A model generated the notes under the pieces. The model was not told where the DNA came from. It was given only the letters and a program-made list of their open reading frames with translations, and did no database searches. A DNA stretch of 63,556 bases, filler included, from Octopus bimaculoides (Eukaryota), in NCBI RefSeq assembly GCF_001194135.2. It is 6 parts of 5 records of this genome, joined end to end, with 100 filler letters (N's around TTAATTAATTAA, not from the genome) between each part and the next. Parts side by side here need not be neighbours in the genome. Positions count along the whole stretch, not along the records: positions 11,150 to 24,059 come from NC_069008.1; positions 24,160 to 44,937 come from NC_068988.1; 4 more parts are not named here. The stretch is one strand, 5' to 3'. Position 1 is the first letter of the stretch, and every line of letters begins with the position of its first letter. Both the position numbers and the translations under genes were made by a program. Of the stretch, positions 14,138 through 24,774 are shown one piece after another.

Positions 14138-14453
14138 GGCACTATCATGCTATTAGCTGTCAGAAGTGAAAGTGCTCACTGCTAGTGAAGTATCTGTATA
14201 TTTTTATATTTTAAATAATTTGCAATTTCAGGAAATATGTTTTTATATTAAATTTGTGTTTTCTAATAAGGTGGACGAGTGATTGATAGATAGTAGATAG
14301 ATATCAGTAAGTAAGTAAGCCAACAGCTCGCTCCGGCCAGTCATGGTATTAGCTGTCAGTAGCCAAAGAATCGACAGGCATGCAGGCAGACAGACAGATA
14401 CGTCACTAGCAGTGAGCACTTTCACTTCTGACAGCTAATAGCATGATAGTGCC
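14138..14453. mobile_element. MITE with TIRs of about 52 bp and an 8-bp TSD (Merlin-like)
   Basis: TIR ggcactatcatgctattagctgtcagaagtgaaagtgctcactgctagtga at both ends, and a perfect TSD tgagaaaa at 14130-14137 and 14454-14461. Confidence 0.85.
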
Positions 14454-14501
14454 TGAGAAAATATTATTTTCCTGTGTTGAGTATTTTCACTTATAATATC
14501 A

Positions 14502-14530
14502 ACTAGCAGTAATACCCGTCGTTGATCGGG
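14502..14530 (+). mobile_element. Possible Helentron/HINE-like terminus
   Basis: actagcagtaatacccgtcgttgatcggg (ACTAG start plus a CCCG...CGGG hairpin); a similar motif lies at 54545-54577. Confidence 0.3.
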
Positions 14531-14588
14531 CAATTACTTTTACTCTTTCTCGGGAGCCACATTCAAAGTCTTATTATATAGAGGGAGT

Positions 14589-14936
14589 GGAGGCGCAATG
14601 GCCCAGTGGTCCGGGCAGCGGACTCGCGGTTTCGATTCCCAGACCGGGCGTTGTGAGTGTTTATTGAGCGAAAACACCTAAAGCTCCACGTGACTCCGGC
14701 AGGGGCTGGCGAACCCTACTGTACTCTTTCACCACAACTTTCTCTCACTGTTACTTCCTGTTTCTGATGTACCTGTATTTCAAAGGACCAGCTTTGTCAC
14801 TCTGTGTCAAGCTGAATCTCCCTGAGGGTACACGTGTCTGTGGAGTGCTCAGTCACTTACACGTTAATTTCACAAGCAGGCTGTTCCGTTGATCTGATCA
14901 ACTGGAACCCTCATCGTCATAACCGACTGAGTGCCA
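14589..14936 (+). mobile_element. Near full-length tRNA-derived SINE
   Basis: tRNA-like head ggaggcgcaatggcccagtggt (A box) and ggtttcgattcc (B box). The body gtgtctgtggagtgctcagtcacttacacgttaatttcacaagcaggctgttccgttgat recurs at 22300-22610. Confidence 0.75.
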
Positions 14937-15236
14937 CGATATATATAGATTTACTCCTCCTGTATGTGTATATTTTATAAGAAAAAACATGTAATAATTG
15001 AAGTAGAAAAAAGATCAATTTCACACACGAAATTCTGTTTGTTTATTATATNNNNNNNNNNATAATTGAAGTAGAAAAAAGATCAATTTCACACACGAAA
15101 TTCTGTTTGTTTATTATATGACAATAATAAGTGAGTTGTATGTGTTATTTTATATATCAATACAGTAGTGGTAGTTCTATTTATTTATCTACACTATTAT
15201 AATATACATCTTCAAGAGAGGTGGAATACAGTTCAG

Positions 15237-16003
15237 GGATCTTTTCCTTTTGATCAGCAGGTTGATAAATTAATTTTTTTAAACTAAACACTTTCACACT
15301 TCGGATACTGGTAGACTGTGTCATATAGAACATCTTTTACTCTTAGCGCTGTTGAGAAAGTTTCTATTTTCGAAGTTATTTCGTGTTAAAATTTGTCGTA
15401 TTTCGGTAATTTCAACCAATCAATGACGTCTATTGAGCTGAATAAAGTTACTGCTGTTGTTTGTCAACAACTTCCGGCGGTGTATCCCCCCCCCCGTTTT
15501 CTTGCAAATTATTGTTTTTTTTTTTTTATTTATTATTATTTTTTTTTGCCAAAAACCCAGCGTTTCGGATACAGAGATTCCTAAAAATTGCCAAGAATCG
15601 AAATTTTGAAATTTTTTGCACCCCTTACCCTTCCCCCCTCCAATTTCTTCATTTTTCACTTTCCATAACCCTAACCCTAAAACCCTAACCCCCTAAAGCT
15701 AAAGCCAGTACAAATGCACGAACAATGTCATAAATAACAGTGACAAACGAAATATACACCACCGATAGTTGTTGTTGACAAACAACAGCAGGAATTTTAT
15801 TCAGCTGAATACACGTCATTGATTGGTTGGAATTACCGAAATACGATTAATTTAACACGTAATAACTTTGTAAATAGAAACTTTTCTCAACAACGCTAAG
15901 AGTAAAATGTTTTATATGACACATTTTACCAGTATCCGAAGTTTGAAAGTGTTTAGTTACAAAAAACTAATTTATCGACCTGCTGATCAAAAGGAAAAGA
16001 TCC
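15237..16003. mobile_element. Long-TIR MITE (TIRs about 245 bp, 8-bp TSD) with an internal (TAACCC)n-like tract
   Basis: Termini ggatcttttccttttgatcagcagg and cctgctgatcaaaaggaaaagatcc. TSD cagttcag (15229-15236) versus cagtccag (16004-16011). taaccctaaccctaaaaccctaaccc lies at about 15666-15691. Confidence 0.85.
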
Positions 16004-16537
16004 CAGTCCAGTTGTCCAGGTAAATGTTTATTTCTACAGCTTACCTCTAAAAATATACTAAAATTTATTCTGTTGTATTCTAAGTATTCTCTGTGTCTTA
16101 TATTGTCCTTTCTCTACTATTTCAGATATTGGCGCCAAGAATTGTATATATGGGATACATCATCAATATCCATCATATTTTAAAGACTAAAAGAAAATGT
16201 TAGACAGGAAAGATATAACTTTGCTTATATAACTCTATGGCAAATTACAGGCTTATATATTTTGTAAACTGAGATTGATAACAATAATTCTTTTGTTGAC
16301 AGGCTGGAATGTGAGCAAGGTGAGTTTGCATATGAATTAAAATGGAGTTTACAACTCAATCCAGATATTGACAAAAATCACAGTAGTAGAAATATTTAAA
16401 AGGAATGAAATATAGAAATGTAAAGAAGATAAACATCTGTATATTATTATGAGAAAAGAAAAAGAATGCAAGATAAATAATGTGTGAATAAGTTTCAATA
16501 TAAAACACAGTTTAAAAGAATTGATTTGCATAGTGAC

Positions 16538-18073
16538 ATGTATAAAGAGGAAAGGAAAACATCACACCACTGTGATATTTGTGGGAAATTATTCTCTGAA
16601 AGTCATAAATTAATAACACACAAATACACTCATACAAGCGAGAAATCATATCATTGTGATATTTGTGGCAAATCATTCTTTAAAAATGGTAACTTAACAA
16701 TACACAAACGTAGTCATACAGGAGAGAAGCCATATCGCTGTGATATTTGTGACAAATGCTTCTCTGCAAGTAGTAACTTAACTAAACACAAACGTACTCA
16801 CACAGGAGAGAAACCATATCATTGTGATATCTGTGGTAAATCATTTTTTCAAAGTCATCACCTAACTGAACACAAACGAAGTCACACAGGAGAGAAACCA
16901 TGTCATTGTGATATCTGTGGCAGATCATTCTTACGAAGTAATAACTTATCTAGGCACAAACGTATTCACACAGGAGAGAAACCATATCAATGTGATATCT
17001 GTGGTAAATCATTCACTCAAAATGGTGAATTGATTTCTCACAAACATATTCACACTGGAGAGAAACCATTTTGCTGTAATATTTGTGGCAAATCATTCAC
17101 TCAGAGTGGTACCTTAACTAGTCACAAACGTATTCACACAGGAATGGAACCCCATTGTGACATTTCTGGTAAATCCTTCTCTGCAAGTAGCAGCTCTATT
17201 CAACTGGAACAAAGTCATACAAGAGAGAAACGCAAACCATATCACTGTGACATCTGTAGCAAATCATTCTCCGTAAAAAGTTACTTAGTGAAACACAAAC
17301 AAATTCATACAGGAGAGATATCATATTGTTGTGATATCTGTGGTAAATCATTCTCTGGAAGTGGTAACTTAAAGACACACAAACGCATTCATACAGGAGA
17401 GAAGCCATATCACTGTGATATATGTGGTAAAGTATTCTCTGCAAGTAGCAGCTTAATTAAACATAAACGTATTCATACAGGAGAGAAACCATATCACTGT
17501 GATATCTGTGGCAAGTCGTTCCCTCAAAATCATCATCTAACTGAACACAAACGAAGACATACAGGAGAGAAAGGATATCACTGTGACATCTGTGGCAAAT
17601 CATTCTCTGTAAACAGTTACTTCATTAAACACAAACAAATTCATACAGGAGAGCAATCATATTGTTGTGATATTTGTGGAAAATCATTCTCTGCAAATAG
17701 CAGCTTAATTAAACACATACGTGTTCATACAGGAGAGAAACCATATCAGTGTGATATCTGTGGTAAACCATTCTCTCATAATTATAACTTAAATAAACAC
17801 AAACGTATACATACAGGAGAAAAGCCATATCATTGTGATATCTGTGGCAAATCATTCGCTCAGAATCATCACCTAACTGAGCACAAACGAATTCATACAG
17901 GAGAGAAACCATATCACTGTGATGTTTGTGGTAAATCATTTTCAGAAAGTTGGAACTTAAAAATGCACATACGTATTCACACAGGTGATAAACCTTATCA
18001 CTGTGATATTTGTGGCAAATCATTCCCCCAAAGTGGTCAGTTAATCAAGCACAAACACATTCACACAGGATAG
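16538..18073 (+). CDS. C2H2 zinc-finger protein (18 tandem finger units, 17 canonical), cephalopod-expanded ZNF type
   Basis: An intact ORF (first ATG at 16538, 511 aa) of repeated CDICGKSF...H..H units with TGEKPY linkers. Finger 8 is degenerate (CDIS...QLEQSH). Confidence 0.95.
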   Translation: MYKEERKTSHHCDICGKLFSESHKLITHKYTHTSEKSYHCDICGKSFFKNGNLTIHKRSHTGEKPYRCDICDKCFSASSNLTKHKRTHTGEKPYHCDICGKSFFQSHHLTEHKRSHTGEKPCHCDICGRSFLRSNNLSRHKRIHTGEKPYQCDICGKSFTQNGELISHKHIHTGEKPFCCNICGKSFTQSGTLTSHKRIHTGMEPHCDISGKSFSASSSSIQLEQSHTREKRKPYHCDICSKSFSVKSYLVKHKQIHTGEISYCCDICGKSFSGSGNLKTHKRIHTGEKPYHCDICGKVFSASSSLIKHKRIHTGEKPYHCDICGKSFPQNHHLTEHKRRHTGEKGYHCDICGKSFSVNSYFIKHKQIHTGEQSYCCDICGKSFSANSSLIKHIRVHTGEKPYQCDICGKPFSHNYNLNKHKRIHTGEKPYHCDICGKSFAQNHHLTEHKRIHTGEKPYHCDVCGKSFSESWNLKMHIRIHTGDKPYHCDICGKSFPQSGQLIKHKHIHTG

Positions 18074-18390
<317 letters not shown>

Positions 18391-18408
18391 GTCATCAATG
18401 ATAGTTTC

Positions 18409-18414
18409 AATAAA
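18409..18414 (+). terminator. Candidate polyadenylation signal of the ZNF gene
   Basis: AATAAA directly after the relic fingers, followed by T/GT-rich sequence. Confidence 0.45.
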
Positions 18415-18559
18415 TGACGTATTTTTCATGTATGGTATTTAATATGAATTTTTTTTGCTTTTATTGTCCAAATTCGTTCTACTTCTTACTCTGAGTTGCT
18501 TTGTTTTCTTTTATTGTGTATATTCTGGCATGGAGAAAGTCTTTCTTAACATCCCCCGG

Positions 18560-20175
18560 TCTCACAATTAGCGGCTGCTGCTAGGTGATGGCTGGTGATA
18601 AACATCCAAGCCATGTACAGTGGTGCTGTCAGTAAGGTGAAAGTCAGCAAGCAGTATAACAACAAATTTAGTGTGCAGATAGTTCACCAGGACTCAATTC
18701 TCCATCCCGTCCCGTTTATCTATCAAAACCATGCAGTCAGTAATAGAGGTGGTAAGACATGTTGTATGCAGTGGCATCTTTATGCTAATAACTATGGACT
18801 TATAGTTGAATCTACAGTAGAATTATAGAACAAATTTCAGGTGTGGAATCAAGGAGCCTAAGAGTTTAACTTAGCAAAAACCAAAGCTGTAGTAAAACAG
18901 GATGCTAAATAGTAATCGCTTCAAAGAGATGGCCTTCCTCGATATGTCAGAAAGGTGTATGTAAATTCGTTCTGGTATATCCAGTGCAAGCAATGGACAG
19001 GTAAGAGATGCTGTGGAAACAAAGAAAAGTTAACAGGCAAAACAGTTGTGTGGCAGATTTGTAGGACCAGTAAATACTAAGAACACACTGGGAATAGAAT
19101 GCCCAGGAGGATCTTTAGAGGTAGCAGATAGTTTCTGTTATGTAAGTGACTTAATTAACAGTGGAGGAGAATGCTCTGAAAGTGTAGCTACCAGAATTAA
19201 AACTAGCTGGGCAAAGTTTGGAGTGCTATTAACATTGTTACTAAGAAAGGGCCTCTTACTCTGAATGAGAGGCAAATTGTATGATATTTGTGTGCCAACA
19301 GCAATGCTACATCTTTCTTGCCTTTAACCCTCCAACGCAGAGTGTAGGCCACTTATAATTGAATTCCATGTCGCATTTTTCGCTTCTGTACTTATACTCT
19401 GCCATGAATGTCCCCCCTTCTCTAGTTCCTTTTGTGTTGATCTACACCACGTGTTCTTAGGCCTACCCCTCTTTCTATATCCATCCGGATTCCACTGTAA
19501 AGCACTTTTCGCTACATTTCATGTGTCTTTTCTAATTGTGCTACCAATCCATTTCCACTTTTTCTTAAATATTTGCTCCCTAATCGAAACTTGATTTGTT
19601 CTTTGCCATAGCTCCATATTGCTTACGTGTTCGGGCCATCTAATTTTAGATATACTATGCAAGCATCTGTTGATGAATGATTGTATTTGCTTATTTGACT
19701 TAACTGTTGTTCGCCATGTCTCAGCCCCATACAATAACACCGCTTTTACGTTAGTGTTAAAAATTCTTATTTTGTTCTTTATTGAAATTACACTTGCGCT
19801 CCATACTTTTTATTACATAGCAGTGAAATATGGGCTGTAAATGCAGAACATGCAGAGACTTGAAAAAAATGAAGATAACATTCTCTGTTGTAGGTGCACT
19901 GTCAGTAGACATGTACAACAAAGCATAAAAGTGGATTTAAGAAGCATGAGATATTGTGTACAAGAGTGAATCCTGTGCCAGTATGTTCATGTGTTGTGTA
20001 TGGATGAGGACAGTTGCATCAACAAGTGTTGGTTGCTAAATGTGGATGGAACATGTGAAGGATGAAAACCATGTATGTAGGATAAAGTGGTGAAAGATGA
20101 CCTTCAATTGTTGACAGAGAACTAGTCCAACCCATGCCAGCATGGGAAAGTAGGTGTTAAACAATGATATTAATG
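18560..20175 (+). mobile_element. RTE-clade LINE, 5'-truncated and decayed (RT C-terminal part plus tail), split by a nested insertion
   Basis: IQAMYSGAVSKVKV, LEVADSFCYVSDLINSGGECSESVATRIKTSWAKF, ...MQRLEKNE..., and the tail actagtccaacccatgccagcatggg. Confidence 0.85.
19313..19813 (-). mobile_element. Second RTE-family LINE 3' fragment nested in the RTE above
   Basis: LLYGAETWRTTVKSNKQIQSFINRCL...RWPEHVSNMELW...KWKWIGSTIRK, flanked by tacat/tacat. Confidence 0.85.
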
Positions 20176-20489
20176 ACGAGTGTGTATGTGAACAAATAGG
20201 GAAATGCAGGAACAGGGATGATAATGTTCTTAATTTAAACTGGAAATGTAGAGAAGTGGAAGCTCAAAATATTGCAGCTGTAGTTGGTATATTATAAAAG
20301 AGAAGCTAATCTCTGACTATTTTTCTGTAATAACATCTGTGTAGAGAGAGTGAAGGAGGGGAAAGCCAAAGTTGTTGCCTTAGGAACTAACAAGTTTTGA
20401 TTAAAAATATGGGTATTTGAAGTAGAAGTCTGTCAACACAATACAAGACAGACTTCATAAAAGACTATGCATATATACACGTATGTATG

Positions 20490-20539
<50 letters not shown>

Positions 20540-20545
20540 CATACA

Positions 20546-21150
20546 TTAGTTTTAGAATGGTGGCAGCTGATGAAGGAACTGTTCTCTATGTGGCCTGTGT
20601 GTTTTCTGTGCTCTGTTTATGTTCTGTTTTTCATTTTGTCCACATTTGTTTGTAACGTCCTGTACCCAGATATGCATCTATATATACACATGTAGATGTA
20701 GGTATGTACATACATGTACGTATATATGCATATACTCACATATTATTTGTATTATATGTATATATAGATGCATATCTGGGTACAGGACGTTACAAACAAA
20801 CGTGGACAAAATGAAAAACAGAGTACAGAAAACACACAGGCCACATAGAGAACAGTTCCTTCATCAGCTGCCACCATTCTAAAACTAAGTGTTTCGAAGA
20901 GTTATATTTAGTTGACTTCAGCTTGTATCCAAGCATTGGGTTCATCAGTTTATATCCATTCTCCTCAGCAGATGTTTGTGCCGAAAGTAACTTTGGAGTC
21001 CAAGTTGGTGGTGAAAGATTTGTGGGCAGAACTCGCACCAGATGGTTGGTGCAGGTCAAGGATGTTGAAGATGCTCCTTTCTTCTCCTGCATTTTGCTTC
21101 CTCATTCTGTTATCTGTTCTGCTTGAAGGAGCTGGCTCCATTACATACAC
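20546..21150 (-). mobile_element. Probable Penelope-like element 3' end with an inverted copy of its terminal segment
   Basis: Arms 20546-20688 and 20757-20888 are inverted repeats. The adjacent minus-strand sequence has weak GIY-YIG C-terminal-like remnants, and a gcagctgatgaagg motif typical of pLTRs is present. Confidence 0.45.
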
Positions 21151-21157
21151 ATATGTA

Positions 21158-21189
<32 letters not shown>

Positions 21190-21190
<1 letters not shown>

Positions 21191-21350
21191 GGGAGAATGT
21201 ACGAAAAAAAACAACAACAGACGAAGACAGGTGGTGTAAACAACAAAAGGATGTATTAGTATGATGCTCAGGAATACAGAAAGTCTTTAACGTTTTGAGC
21301 TACGCTCTTCAACAGAAAGAATACGGAGAAAAACACAGAAAAAAATTGAA
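21190..21350 (-). mobile_element. Penelope-type pseudo-LTR fragment containing a mini-hammerhead-like motif
   Basis: The minus strand reads tcttt-ctgttga-a-gagc-gta-gctc-aaaa-cgtt-aaaga. Confidence 0.55.
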
Positions 21351-21769
21351 TAGTCACTGGTCAACAATCTATCATGACACATACATGCATCTAAGCTATT
21401 TACAGATTGGTCAAAATACAGGTCATAAGATTCAGCCTGCTGGGTAGTTAAAGGACAAATCTAACCATTTCACTTTAGTTGTCAATTGTGGAACACGACT
21501 GGCACTACATAAACCTGATGATTGCATAAGACCTGAAAGTACTAGTGTATTTCAATATTGTAAAAATTGTTAATAATAAAATGTGAAAAACAGACTATGT
21601 GATTTGTTTGACTAAACTTTTTAAGGTGTTTCTCCAGCATGGCCACTGTCCAATCACTGAAACAGGTAAAAGATAAGATTTACACCTTAAATCTGCTTTC
21701 TACATGATTTATTAAATATACATACTTTCAAGGTATTGACACCCAATTGCCAACCCTAACTCATTTCAA

Positions 21770-21970
21770 GGGAAGGCTGTGAGCTGATAGATTGTTAGTA
21801 TGCTGAGGAAAATACTTAATGGTATTACGTCTGTCTTTATGTTCTGATTCAAATTCTGCCTTTCTTCCTTTAAGAGTCAATAAAATAAGTACCAGTTGAC
21901 CACTGGAGTCGATGTTATTGGTTTCTCCCTTTTCTGAGATTGCTGGCCTTGTGCCAAAGTTTGCAATCAA
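21770..21970 (+). mobile_element. Meta/MESC-domain SINE
   Basis: gtcaataaaataagtaccagttgaccactggagtcgatgt...ttgctggccttgtgccaaagtttg. Confidence 0.6.
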
Positions 21971-22299
21971 TTGTATCTTTAACTAAGGTACTTAGATCAG
22001 AAGTTACTGGCAAAAAATATCATACAAAGATACAACTGACTGATAACCAGAATAAGCTTTGTATGACTAAGAAATAGTATGTAATTTTACAATGTTGAAA
22101 AATAAATGATGTTTGTTCTTATGTTACTGTGGAATAAATAAATCACTAAGCTATTTAAACATACACTTAACTGGAAATGTGTTACCCTAGAAACTTCTTG
22201 ACATACAGGTCTGTTGATTTATTTCCCATTATGAAACACAAAATCTTAACCAAGAAGTTCTCAGTCCAGACTTGCTAGAATGAGGGGAGGTCACCAGTG

Positions 22300-22610
22300 T
22301 GTGAAGCTCAAGTGTAATTCTCTGCAGTTGTGGTCCGTGATGTCACAGGGCTTACCAATTGTAAGGCTGTGTATTCAATTCCTGGCAGTGAATTGTGACT
22401 TTGAGCAAGACAATATATTTCATATTGCTGCAGTCCTCTCAGCTGGCAGAAGCGATTTTCACCTCTAATTCAAAAGGGCCGGCCTTGTCACATTCAGTGT
22501 TATGCTGAACTTCCTTGAGAACTATGTTATGGGTAAGCGTGTCTGTGGAGTGCTCAGCCACTTGCACATTAATTTTACAAGCAGGCCGTTCTGTTGATTG
22601 GATTGACTTA
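22300..22610 (+). mobile_element. Diverged tRNA-SINE of the same family as 14589-14936
   Basis: aaagggccggccttgtcac...gtgtctgtggagtgctcagccacttgcacattaattttacaagcagg. Confidence 0.6.
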
Positions 22611-22949
22611 TCGGTGTAAACAAATCAGTGCCAATGATGTCATAGGAAAAGGAGACACTGCAGGTGATTGCTTACAATTATTTGCATTACTTTTGAGATG
22701 ATGAAAGTCATGTTTTTATCATATTATTATCAAAGAGGTTGGTATGATAACATAGATTATCTTTATTGGAATAAAGAAAACACATCATGTCTCCCTACAT
22801 TGATGTAGATGGTGGTAGACAAGTAGAAATTAAAAGAAAAACTGGCCGATGTTCGACATTCTATTCAGTGTTTGCAGAGGTAAAAATAAAGCATTTTCTT
22901 TCTCACTGTAATATATAATTCTTAAATATTTGACTCATTTGATAAGTTG

Positions 22950-23690
22950 GATCAGCGACTCCATGTAAGAATATCTGAAGAAGGAATTGTATTCCGAAAT
23001 ATCATTGGACTATGGATAACTAAATTACAACAGGTATATAGCCCATTTTTTGTATTATAGTGCATTGTTATACCCTTCTAAACTTTTTATTTTTTAGAAT
23101 ATCTTTTACTTGTTTCAGTCATACTGGCTGTGACCATCCTGGAGCACCACCTTAAACGAGTTTTTAGTCGAACAAATTAACACCAGGACCTTTTTCTTTT
23201 AAGCCTATTACTTATCCTATTANNNNNNNNNNGGTTTATTGATGTAATTTTTTCTTGCTGAATCTGATGTTGTTATTCACTTGTTTGAGAAAAAGTTTAG
23301 AAAAATTCTTACAAAGATTTAAAATTTTGATTATTTTCACCCAGTGAGAAAACAGGATTCGTGAGTTGGCATTTTTTCCGTGATGACAAAACATTTAACA
23401 ACAGAAGAGTTAATAAGTTTTTAGAATATGAGAGTATTGTAGTTCGCTTGAAGCATTGTGTATTGTTGGTAAAGAATAAAAAGTTTAGAAAGGTATAACA
23501 ATGCAATATAGAACAAAAAATGGACTATATACCTGTTGTAACTTGGTTATCTATAGTCCGATGATATTTCGGAATTAGAATTCCTTCTTCAGAACTTATT
23601 TGCTGGAGTCTCTGAACAGGTATATAGTCCATTTTTTGTTCTATAGTGCATTGTTATACCCTTCTAAACTTTTTATTTTTTAGAATATCT
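22950..23690. mobile_element. Penelope-like pLTR copies in direct and inverted orientation, plus an ORF N-terminal relic
   Basis: The unit gactcca..ctgaagaaggaatt..attccgaaatatcat.ggacta..gataac...caggtatatag occurs at 22957-23100 (+) and 23480-23612 (-), with an inverted tail at 23616-23690 (+). The minus-strand peptide NVLSSRKKCQLTNPVFSLGEN weakly resembles a PLE N-terminus. Confidence 0.55.
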
Positions 23691-23994
23691 TTTACTTGTT
23701 TCAGTCATACTGGCTGTGACCATCCTGGAGCACCACCTTAAACGAGTTTTTAGTCGAACAAATTAACACCAGGACCTTTTTCTTTTAAGCCTATTACTTA
23801 TCCTATTAATCTCTTTTGCTGAACAGCTAAACACACCCAGACTGGTTTTGTCAAGCATGGTAGGGGATATAAACACACACATGCACACACACATCATAAA
23901 TAATTTGGACAAATAAGTTGATTAGTGTCAACTTTGTATCATTTTTGTTTTATTTTTTGCTTTCTTTAATGCATATATATATACATACATACAT

Positions 23995-24059
<65 letters not shown>

Positions 24060-24159
24060 NNNNNNNNNNNNNNNNNNNNNNNNNNNNNNNNNNNNNNNNN
24101 NNNTTAATTAATTAANNNNNNNNNNNNNNNNNNNNNNNNNNNNNNNNNNNNNNNNNNNN

Positions 24160-24530
24160 CTGGCAGCATCTCTGTACATGGCTCGCACAGCTCTCACTAA
24201 CCATTCTTCTATCCCAAGTTTCCTCATTGACCACCAGATTAGGGATCGGGGGACGCTGTCAAAGGCTTTCTCCATGTCAACGAAAGCCAGGTACAGAGGT
24301 TTATCCTTAGCTAGGTATTTCTCCTGCAACTGTCTCACTAGAAATAAGGCATCAGTAGTGCTTTTACCTGGCACGAACCCAAACTGCATCTCATCTAAAT
24401 TGATTCGCTCCCTAATTAGTTGGGCTATGACCCTCTCTGTAACTTTCATAACCTGATCTAACAGCTTGATGCCTCTGTAATTATTTGTATTCATAACCTG
24501 ATCTAACAGCTTGATGCCTCTAGAAAACCA
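24160..24530 (-). mobile_element. RTE LINE reverse-transcriptase fragment
   Basis: NYRGIKLLDQVMKVTERVI...QFGFVPGKSTTDALF...FVDMEKAFDSVPR; there is a small tandem duplication at its 5' end. Confidence 0.92.
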
Positions 24531-24774
24531 GGTCTCAGAGAAATCCAAATGACTGTGCTGACAAGTACTGCCCACATCCTAAGAAAAACCCTATCAATTT
24601 AAATGTCTGCATTGTATTACATGAAGTTATTTTGCTACCATCCCTGCCATTTCCTTTCCCCAAACTTTCAGTTATACTGCAACATCTCTTATCCGTCACT
24701 CACCCTAGGACACTAGGTGTGTCTCAGCAAGTGAAACATGGAGATTAAAAGTAAATAATAATAATAATAACGGT

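Noticed and set aside
14589-14650. tRNA gene
   Set aside because: The A/B-box head is followed by a SINE body and lacks a complete cloverleaf, so it is a SINE head.
14992-15118. Direct duplications of about 50-195 bp flanking short gaps (also 23026-23220 vs 23616-23808, 45320-45413, 60745-60864)
   Set aside because: Identical copies on either side of small N gaps are typical unmerged contig overlaps, not biological tandem repeats.
16560-18070. CRISPR-like regular repeats (84-bp period)
   Set aside because: The periodicity is the 28-aa zinc-finger unit of a eukaryotic ORF, and there are no cas genes or unique spacers.
20560-20600. gctgatgaagg motifs (also at 47110 and 52045) as hammerhead cores
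   Set aside because: There is no correctly placed GAAA, stem III or cleavage triplet.
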